DNA from: a virus
IMG/VR virus record: IMGVR_UViG_3300028964_000004
Reading direction: 5' to 3' (one strand)
DNA length: 57,812 nucleotides
A program made the translations under genes and the position numbers. The number at the start of each line of letters is the position of its first letter. Positions within the stretch are counted from its first letter, which is position 1. Below are positions 34,137 to 40,544 of the stretch, piece by piece. A model generated the notes under the pieces. The model saw only the letters and a program-made list of their open reading frames with translations, was not told the DNA's origin and made no database searches.

Positions 34137-34607
34137 TTAAAGAATGAACTGTTTCCAAAGGTCAATGAATTGTTTACCACAGTATTCTGACAATTCTTTA
34201 TTTTTCAAACAAAGGCGAGACCCGCTACCCGCAAACGCATTAACGCAACCCGAATCGCGGAAAGCGAAAGAGGAAGGAGACCCATTAGTGACGAACCATG
34301 GGTACCATCTATAAACCCTATCATCACATACATCCGGTACCCAACCTTCGTTAAGGGCCTTGACAATGGTTGCCAACTTTTGATAAGCAATATCATGTTT
34401 AGTAAGACCGAGTTCCATCAACTTATTTTCATCAAGAGGACTGGTACTTAATTCGTGACATGCATCTTCATAGGTTTTAACTCTATCTGTTATCTTTTGA
34501 GAGAAAAAATCTTTTCCAAAAGACTCTTCCAGAATAGATTTTAACTCGCAGTAACCACTTCTGTAGAGTTCTCTAGCTTTTTGTTCACTGATTTGTAAAG
34601 TTTTCAT
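34137..34607 (-). CDS. DGR target protein 2, 156 aa (VR covers residues 110-132)
   Basis: ORF track. It contains VR2. Confidence 0.85.
   Translation of the reverse strand: MKTLQISEQKARELYRSGYCELKSILEESFGKDFFSQKITDRVKTYEDACHELSTSPLDENKLMELGLTKHDIAYQKLATIVKALNEGWVPDVCDDRVYRWYPWFVTNGSPSSFAFRDSGCVNAFAGSGSRLCLKNKELSEYCGKQFIDLWKQFIL
34214..34281 (-). repeat. DGR variable repeat VR2
   Basis: 11 mismatches to the TR, all at TR adenines. Confidence 0.9.
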
Positions 34608-34637
34608 TGATAATAATCTCCTTTATTTTTATAAATT

Positions 34638-34937
34638 CTATACATTAATATACTTATTCATTTGTATTGCAGATAAAGCCTGCTTTATTTCCGCTTTCGA
34701 ATAATAGATAGGAGAATTCCGGCCGGAACCTTTTCGTTTACCCTTGATCAACCCAACATCCTCCATTTGCCGTATAAGCTCGGTATCCAAATTCATATTG
34801 GCAAACCATCTGACCACTTCTCTCCTACTGATGCTATCTTTTGTCGGTTCATAGCATTTCACCGCATTCATATACCCTACTTGCACCATATCAGATATTA
34901 TATTCTTCAATTGGTATAAATCCAGCGTCACTTTCAT
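34638..34937 (-). CDS. Hypothetical protein, 99 aa, possibly DNA-binding
   Basis: ORF track. Basic C-terminal half. No firm motif. Confidence 0.6.
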   Translation of the reverse strand: MKVTLDLYQLKNIISDMVQVGYMNAVKCYEPTKDSISRREVVRWFANMNLDTELIRQMEDVGLIKGKRKGSGRNSPIYYSKAEIKQALSAIQMNKYINV

Positions 34938-34979
34938 TGGTATATTATATAAAAATTAAACATCATGGTAAGAAAAATG

Positions 34980-35001
34980 CCTGCATCACGCCTGATGCAG
35001 G
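34980..35001 (-). terminator. Perfect 9-bp hairpin followed by a U-run on the minus strand
   Basis: The minus strand reads CCTGCATCA-GGCG-TGATGCAGG, then CATTTTTCTT. Confidence 0.5.
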
Positions 35002-35053
35002 ACTTGATAATCTAAATCTAAAATTCTAAATAAATAAACTACCCTCGCGAGCG

Positions 35054-35119
35054 TGGACGGTACAGGATTCGAACCTGTCTTTCTGATATGCAGCGTTTCA
35101 CCTAGAATACTTACCGCCC
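35054..35119 (-). tRNA. tRNA-like element 1 (66 nt): canonical acceptor stem and T arm, no canonical anticodon arm, G3:U70 and A73
   Basis: Minus strand: GGGCGGT AAGTATTCTAGGTGAAACGCTGCATATCAGAAAG ACAGG TTCGAAT CCTGT ACCGTCC A. An exhaustive hand scan found no 5-bp stem with a 7-nt loop. Confidence 0.45.
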
Positions 35120-35218
35120 TGTCAGCCGCAAAACTGACATCGAGTTAAAACGAAATTCACAATGTTCACCTTCACAGGCTACTTAACACGCAAAGTCTTA
35201 AAGGAACTTGGCGTATAT

Positions 35219-35464
35219 TTACTTTTCTCTTTTCACACATATTATAAACTTATCCCTTTCGACACACGTTTTACACAAGAAGCCTTCTTCAATGTGCTCA
35301 ATATTATAGTCATACACCCTGTTTTTTACAGATCGGCTTTTAGAAATATGGAACCTTTCTACATCCCCTACTTTCATGTTATTAATCGTTTTACTGATCG
35401 GCTTGTCTTTTGCAGGGATCATTTCTGTATTATCAATTTTCTCCTTATTACTTAATCGAGTCAT
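35219..35464 (-). CDS. Hypothetical protein, 81 aa
   Basis: ORF track. Confidence 0.55.
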   Translation of the reverse strand: MTRLSNKEKIDNTEMIPAKDKPISKTINNMKVGDVERFHISKSRSVKNRVYDYNIEHIEEGFLCKTCVERDKFIICVKREK

Positions 35465-35660
35465 AATATTCTTTGTTTTCTTGATATTTCATTGCTATTT
35501 GCTTATCACTTGCCTTTCCTCCTAAGTCGTTCTTTATCGCTTCATATTGCTTTTCAGTAAGAGAGTACACTATCTCTTCCGCATATTCAAAACTTCCGGC
35601 GTATCCCAATAAAACTATCATTGCCGACACGCATAGTGCTGCTTTACTTATTTTGTTCAT
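35448..35660 (-). CDS. Small protein, 70 aa, with N-terminal hydrophobic (signal or TM) segment
   Basis: Starts MNKISKAALCVSAMIVLLGYAGS... Confidence 0.55.
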   Translation of the reverse strand: MNKISKAALCVSAMIVLLGYAGSFEYAEEIVYSLTEKQYEAIKNDLGGKASDKQIAMKYQENKEYYDSIK

Positions 35661-35697
35661 AGTTATTATATATGATTTTAAATTACTATCAGGATTG

Positions 35698-35780
35698 TGG
35701 ACGGTAAAGGAGTCGAACCCTTCTCACTCGTTTTGAATTGGTTGCGCAACACGAAGCTCTAACCGATAAGCTAACCGCCC
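35698..35780 (-). tRNA. tRNA-like element 2 (83 nt): acceptor, D and T arms are canonical; the anticodon stem closes a 17-nt loop containing a UGC triplet; G3:U70 and A73
   Basis: Minus strand: GGGCGGT TA GCTT ATCGGTTA GAGC T TCGTG TTGCGCAACCAATTCAA AACGA GTGAG AAGGG TTCGACT CCTTT ACCGTCC A. Confidence 0.5.
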
Positions 35781-36230
35781 ATACTTTATTATCTGTTTCC
35801 TTCAACGCAACAATACGTTTCTTCGCCCGAATTTTACAGGAAGGAAATCCGCCTACTGACGCGAGGCGATCTCGTATATCTTGTTAAGCGTGTGTAGCCG
35901 CCCCCAACACTACATACTTTATACCGATTCATATAGGACTGTATCGGACGCTTTACATTAGTTCATAAATCTGTGCTGATTATTATTTTTCATCGTGAAA
36001 GGCTTCCCATTACCTACAAGCAGCGCATTATGCTCACGATTATCATGCCGGGTATTCCATCGGACTGTTTCCCCTCGGGCAGTTGCATGATTGCCCCATT
36101 GTACGGTACCGTGCATCTTCACACGGAGATGTCCAACATGTCTGCATCCGGAATGTAGAGTTCCGCTCACTAAAAAAGGAGAAGCTGTAAACTGATGCAA
36201 GAGCGCTATCAAAATCTACCAAGTTCCTTT
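35781..36230 (-). ncRNA. Candidate structured non-coding region (GC-elevated, no convincing ORF)
   Basis: Hand counts of five 60-nt lines give 43-57% GC against clearly AT-rich flanks. Several 5-7-bp hairpins are present (35992..35998 with 36034..36040; 36077..36096; 36109..36126; 36149..36165). The only ORF (35958..36212) has an atypical His/Arg/Gly-rich composition. Confidence 0.25.
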
Positions 36231-36270
36231 AAGACTTGTCCCCCAGAATTGATTTTTCAAATTTCTTTTG

Positions 36271-36278
36271 TATATTTG
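36271..36278 (+). promoter_or_regulatory. -7 promoter box TATATTTG for the repressor gene
   Basis: Exact TAnnTTTG match 126 nt upstream of the repressor ATG. Confidence 0.45.
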
Positions 36279-36286
36279 GAAATCGG

Positions 36287-36302
36287 TACTGAGATACTGA
36301 CT
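36287..36302 (+). promoter_or_regulatory. 16-nt motif TACTGAGATACTGACT (putative operator) at the predicted transcription start
   Basis: Identical to 9848..9863. It contains the direct half-sites ACTGA-N3-ACTGA. Confidence 0.4.
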
Positions 36303-36306
36303 TTGA

Positions 36307-36340
36307 TGATGCAAAGATAAACCCATTTTGGGTTGCATCA
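36307..36340. promoter_or_regulatory. Inverted repeat TGATGCAA-N18-TTGCATCA with an inner AACCCA/TGGGTT stem (operator or leader hairpin)
   Basis: Perfect 8-bp arms at 36307..36314 and 36333..36340. Confidence 0.4.
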
Positions 36341-36403
36341 AAATTTAAAGCATAAAAAATAACCCCAAATTGATTATTTGTACAAATTCTAAATAATAAA
36401 AAT

Positions 36404-36781
36404 ATGGAAAGGGCTATAAACAAACGAATTAAAGAGATAATCAGATACTTAAATATATCTGATACCGAATTTTCGAAACGCATATCTATGCCTCAAAGTA
36501 CTATTTCTAATATATTCAATAGAGATAGTGATATTAAATATAGTATATTAGAATCAATACTAACCCAATTTGAATTTATTTCTTCAGAATGGTTATTACG
36601 AGGTGAAGGAAGTATGTTCAGATCAAATTCTAAAGTGGATAAAACAAATTATGAAAAACTACTGGAAGAATACACCCGTCAAACTGAAGAACTACTGTCT
36701 CAAAGAGACAAGGAAATTAGAGTCCTTCAATTAGAGAATGCCCGCCTCAAAGCAGAAGCAGCCACAAAAGAAGCTGTATAA
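36404..36781 (+). CDS. XRE-family HTH repressor (CI-like) with C-terminal coiled coil
   Basis: Contains INKRIKEIIRYLNISDTEFSKRISMPQSTISNIFN...WLLRGEGSMF. It is divergent from the early operon and adjacent to the integrase. Confidence 0.7.
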   Translation: MERAINKRIKEIIRYLNISDTEFSKRISMPQSTISNIFNRDSDIKYSILESILTQFEFISSEWLLRGEGSMFRSNSKVDKTNYEKLLEEYTRQTEELLSQRDKEIRVLQLENARLKAEAATKEAV

Positions 36782-36956
36782 TTTCATCATATTTATTCAA
36801 AAACAAAACAAATTATATCTTTATCTGAAACCTCCTAAGAATAAATCATACTTTTTATGCTGAGAAACATACATTCCTCCTCAAACTTTCATTTTTCGAA
36901 AGTGTTTATATTAAACGATTCTCAAGATATAAATAACAAATTAAAATCCTTAAGCT

Positions 36957-37121
36957 ATGGAGATGTATGAATTATTATTAAAGCGTCTGATTACCCTAAC
37001 AGACGAGTATTTTAAGCTACGTAAAGAACTGAATGAATTAAAAGAACAAGTTCATCCTACATTAAATGAAAGATTCGGCAGCAAACGAATTATTCCAATG
37101 AAAATAGAAAAGAATAAATAA
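36957..37121 (+). CDS. Small coiled-coil protein, 54 aa, paralog of 14370..14558
   Basis: Hand translation gives MEMYELLLKRLITLTDEYFKLRKELNELKEQVHPTLNERFGSKRIIPMKIEKNK. Confidence 0.45.
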   Translation: MEMYELLLKRLITLTDEYFKLRKELNELKEQVHPTLNERFGSKRIIPMKIEKNK

Positions 37122-37157
37122 GAATTGAGAACGTTGATTGTACTATATAGTGTCAGA

Positions 37158-37193
37158 AAAGCCGGACTGTAATTAGCCCGGCTTTATTATTTC
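37158..37193 (+). terminator. Rho-independent terminator of the repressor operon
   Basis: AAAGCCGG pairs with CCGGCTTT (8 bp), 12-nt loop, T-rich tail. Confidence 0.55.
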
Positions 37194-37270
37194 ATGCACA
37201 TTCTTTTTCTCAGGAGCTTATATGCCTTTTGTTATCACGCTTCAGTCATCGTCCTGGTCTTGACCTAATA

Positions 37271-37304
37271 TAATAAAGAAAGCCCGGAAATATCATCCCG
37301 GGCT
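37271..37304 (-). terminator. Rho-independent terminator downstream of the integrase gene
   Basis: The minus strand reads AGCCCGG-GATGATATTT-CCGGGCT, then TTCTTTATTA. Confidence 0.5.
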
Positions 37305-37498
37305 CGCAATAATCATCTTCCGATGACATGTACAGAAAATGTCGTCAAACAAAAGTCATTGATATTTTAATCAAAACCGAACTGTACATAGTTCTTTCGC
37401 TAATTCATGAATAGCTTTCTCAAACTTTTGATTTAAAACGCTACTTTTGTTTTTAAATAACAGTTATTTAACCAATAGTACTGATATTTTAACAACAT

Positions 37499-38830
37499 TT
37501 ACGTCATTTGATTATTGAAAACATAATCGATTACCTTCCGGTTAGCTTCATTAATCATAGTGAAATCTTTCTCAATATAAATATCAGTGATTTTCATTTT
37601 GCTATCTACATGGTTTAGAGCTTCATGTACTACATACTTATCAATTTTCAAATCATTGCGTGCTATAGTTGCCCATGAATGACGGGCAGCATAAAACTCA
37701 AGATCATCTATCACTATATCTTTCCCCATTCGTTTCAGTTCCGCATTGATATCCTTCTCTATTTCCTTAAGACCTTTGTTTATAGCAGAATTAAAACAGG
37801 TGTGATTTACATACATTCTGCTAAACCGAAAAACTTTCTGCTTTGTCTTATCTTCATATTTTTCCATCAGATTTTTTATGAATGGGGTTACCTTTACATG
37901 AATCTCTGCTTTGTCATCCCTTCTTGTAGCTGTTTTTGTACGAAAGTACTTTATCATATTGTCTTTCAATTCATCACAATTATATAAATCGACAGAGTTC
38001 ATTCCTATCAAACAGAAAGATAATATAAAACAGTCCTTTGCTAAATTATACCGGCAATTCTGTTCTATGCTTTTTCTCATATTACTCCTGTATTTATATG
38101 GCAGATCTGCTATCATTTTAATTATAAAAGGTGGTATCGCCCTCTTTCTAGCCACCTCCTCCCGTGGTACTTTAAATTTAGCAAATGGGGCCCATGGGAT
38201 TCTTATCACTCCACGTTCTTCATCATTATATTTTAGTTTTGCTTGATTATATAGATGCCTAATGCAAGACGTATACTTGCATAACATGCAATTTGATGTT
38301 ACTCTCCTTCCCTTTGCAATAGCTTCTTTGTTGGCTTTCTCTTTTTTTTCTATTATAAATTTAGAAAAGTCGTTTAAGAATTTATAAGTTATCTCAGACA
38401 CACCGATTACTTCCCTTCCGGTAAATTCTATCATTGCTTTAATAGTGCATTTGTAATTAGAAGAGGTACCCTTTCTTCCTTCTGCATCCATTTTTTCAAT
38501 ATGTTCCCGGGCAAACTGTATAAAATCAATGTCTTTTTTATCCTCCTCTACTCTGGTTACAAATTCTACAACCTCTTCAATTGACATGGAATTGATAGAC
38601 AAAGATAATATATTGCATTTGGCTCGATATGAATCTATAATCTTATTAAGCTCGTCAAGGATTGATTGATTTTTTATTTTCATCCCTCTCGTCATATCTT
38701 CCTTCTTCACATAGATCGATGTTGCTATCCTTTTTATCTTTCTATTGTGAGTCACCCGTATCTTCACATTATATGTCCCATCTTGCCTCTTTCTGGAAGA
38801 GCACACCTCTATTCTGAATGTTGTTGCCAT
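37499..38830 (-). CDS. int: Tyrosine integrase, Bacteroidota type (443 aa, with N-terminal arm-binding domain)
   Basis: Contains YAARHSWATIARN and ALNHVD...ITDIYIEKD. Its size and N-terminus MATTFRIEVCSSRKRQDGTYNVKIRVTHNRK are typical of Bacteroides integrases. Confidence 0.85.
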   Translation of the reverse strand: MATTFRIEVCSSRKRQDGTYNVKIRVTHNRKIKRIATSIYVKKEDMTRGMKIKNQSILDELNKIIDSYRAKCNILSLSINSMSIEEVVEFVTRVEEDKKDIDFIQFAREHIEKMDAEGRKGTSSNYKCTIKAMIEFTGREVIGVSEITYKFLNDFSKFIIEKKEKANKEAIAKGRRVTSNCMLCKYTSCIRHLYNQAKLKYNDEERGVIRIPWAPFAKFKVPREEVARKRAIPPFIIKMIADLPYKYRSNMRKSIEQNCRYNLAKDCFILSFCLIGMNSVDLYNCDELKDNMIKYFRTKTATRRDDKAEIHVKVTPFIKNLMEKYEDKTKQKVFRFSRMYVNHTCFNSAINKGLKEIEKDINAELKRMGKDIVIDDLEFYAARHSWATIARNDLKIDKYVVHEALNHVDSKMKITDIYIEKDFTMINEANRKVIDYVFNNQMT

Positions 38831-38847
38831 AGTATATGATTTTAGTT

Positions 38848-38869
38848 ATGTTGAAACAATGTTGAAACA
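38848..38869. repeat. Tandem 11-mers ATGTTGAAACA x2 (third TGTTGAAACA copy at 39137..39146); candidate integrase arm sites
   Basis: Read directly. They lie in the int-upstream intergenic region. Confidence 0.6.
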
Positions 38870-38877
38870 ACTGCAAA

Positions 38878-38906
38878 CAAAAGTAGCGTTTTAAATCAAA
38901 AGTAGC
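38878..38906. repeat. Direct 10-mers CAAAAGTAGC x2, spaced 19 bp
   Basis: Copies at 38878..38887 and 38897..38906. Confidence 0.6.
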
Positions 38907-39176
38907 AAGTATAACGATTGAAAAGAAAAAGCGGAAAATCACTTCCCTTAAAGCCATTTACACAATAAATCACTGATAGTCAACACATAACAGAACAAAA
39001 ACAGAGTTAAAACAGACTATTTTTTTTGCGAACCCGAAGAAATTCGAACTATTAACGCTACTCCTTGTTTGGGAGTAAGACAATTAACAATAACACTCTA
39101 TTATACAAACACTTACAAACAAAGAAAAAACAAGGTGTTGAAACAGTGTATCAACAGCTGCCAATATTTTGAAGAA

Positions 39177-39878
39177 CTAAGGATTAATAAGATTGATGAT
39201 ACCTTGCCTACCAATTCCGGTAATCTTTCTATGGTAGATAATATGGCCATTGTCAGCAACCTCTTGCTTTATATCAAACCAGCCAAGAGTAGCGTATTTA
39301 GTATATGGCACCCACGTCTGATTAACTTTGTATTGCACACCAAGTTCTTTTAAACGGTTATTAAGTTCAATTGCCGATTTAAGTCCCAATTCTTTGGCAA
39401 CTTCCGTACATGTATAGGTTTTATTTACATGAGTAAGAACAGCTACCTGTTTCTCGGCTTCAATGCGTGCAGATCGTTCTTCTTTTAACTTAGTGAGAAG
39501 CTCAATACCGAAATCCGGATTATTCAATATCTGGTCAATAACATTGTCAGTAGCATATATGCCATGCTTGCGGATAGATGGTAGCACTTCACCACAAACC
39601 CAATCTTGAAAAAGTTCTGCCTGTGATTTATCAGACCGCATAATAACTTTATAGAGATTTTGCTCACTAATGAAGGTTGCTTCTTGTGTTCTACCTAAAG
39701 AATCGATGACCTCGGTAAGAACTACCCCATCTGGTTTTAATCGCGATTTACAGTCACTCGTGTTCTTAATTTCGAGAACCCTACAAACATCTGCAAGGCA
39801 GAATAGTGGTTCTTCACTTGTTCCGGCTACTCTAACTTCACCAAACGATTCATTCTTAAAAATCTGAATGTTGTCCAT
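39177..39878 (-). CDS. Antirepressor 2: BRO-N plus KilAC-type domain
   Basis: Contains MDNIQIFKNESFGEVRVAGTSEEPLFCLADVCRVLEI...FISEQNLYKVIMRSDKSQAELFQDWVCGEVLPSIRKHG. The start is taken at the internal ATG at 39878 (the track ORF extends to 39944). Confidence 0.75.
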   Translation of the reverse strand: MDNIQIFKNESFGEVRVAGTSEEPLFCLADVCRVLEIKNTSDCKSRLKPDGVVLTEVIDSLGRTQEATFISEQNLYKVIMRSDKSQAELFQDWVCGEVLPSIRKHGIYATDNVIDQILNNPDFGIELLTKLKEERSARIEAEKQVAVLTHVNKTYTCTEVAKELGLKSAIELNNRLKELGVQYKVNQTWVPYTKYATLGWFDIKQEVADNGHIIYHRKITGIGRQGIINLINP

Positions 39879-40027
39879 AATAAAGTCTTTTCGTTCGAGG
39901 ACGTACCGCATTTCTTCATGCGGAGATAAAAAGACGAAAGCCATGCAGGGGGTTGCGACCTACACAGCTTTCTATATCTTAATCCTCTGATTAATTCTAA
40001 TTTTAATAAGTACAACCCAAAGCACTG

Positions 40028-40062
40028 CAAATATATAAATAATTTCAGAAATGTCAAATATA
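40028..40062 (-). promoter_or_regulatory. Two tandem -7 boxes TATATTTG (40028..40035 and 40055..40062) upstream of BRO 2
   Basis: Plus strand reads caaatata twice. Confidence 0.4.
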
Positions 40063-40129
40063 CATTGAGAATAATCAAAAAAGGCCTATTTTATCTCACA
40101 AGATGAAAAACAGAACTAAAAACAAGTAA

Positions 40130-40181
40130 TTAGTCAGAAAAATCACGTGGGTTATAATTTTACCACATGAAAAATAGAACA
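40130..40181 (+). repeat. 52-bp dispersed repeat, copy B
   Basis: 49/52 identical to 14633..14684. The flanks also share an AAAAA(T/C)AGAAC box 64 nt upstream. Confidence 0.85.
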
Positions 40182-40376
40182 TTTTCACAACATCCAATAC
40201 ACCTTCGCCAATATCGCACAGAAAGCGCAATACGGAATATCAGAATCGACGATGTCGATCAATGTAGATATAGTACGGTCAAAGATTTCTTCTAAACGTT
40301 CCATAACATAACCAACAGAAGTCTACAAAAATCGAAATGGTACCGATCATCGACTTGTTCCAACAATATGTCCAGC

Positions 40377-40541
40377 TTATCGTTTTTCATTGTCAAGAAC
40401 TGATTTTATCCGTTCTTCAGTAAAACCAAAACGGGCAGCAAACTTTTTGAAAGCGCGCATCCTGCCATCTGGGATAAGAGCATACATACTATTAATAGGA
40501 GTATCGCCTTTCAATGCTTTCTTAATTTCTTTATTTTTCAT
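40377..40541 (-). CDS. Possible small protein, 54 aa (MKNKEIKKALKGDTPINSMYALIPDGRMRAFKKFAARFGFTEERIKSVLDNEKR)
   Basis: Hand translation. It lies 3 nt downstream of the preceding gene. Confidence 0.4.
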   Translation of the reverse strand: MKNKEIKKALKGDTPINSMYALIPDGRMRAFKKFAARFGFTEERIKSVLDNEKR

Positions 40542-40544
40542 GAA

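Noticed and set aside
33751-34396. ORFs 33751..33972 and 34205..34396 (alternative frames inside the DGR target genes)
   Set aside because: They are out-of-frame shadows of the longer, paralog-supported target ORFs.
35958-36212. 84-aa minus-strand ORF in the GC-rich region
   Set aside because: Its composition (His/Arg/Gly/Thr-rich, few Lys/Glu/Ile) is unlike all other genes here, and I recognise no motif. It is treated as probably non-coding, but this is not certain.
35054-36230. A phage-encoded tmRNA (the G3:U70 acceptor stems suggested it)
   Set aside because: I found no tag reading frame ending in ...ALAA-stop anywhere in 35054..36230 on the minus strand. Each tRNA-like element has both acceptor strands locally. 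Only a tRNA-like-domain resemblance remains.
36229-36483. 84-aa minus-strand ORF overlapping the repressor start
   Set aside because: It is antisense to the repressor gene and its promoter/operator region, with a hydrophobic low-complexity translation.
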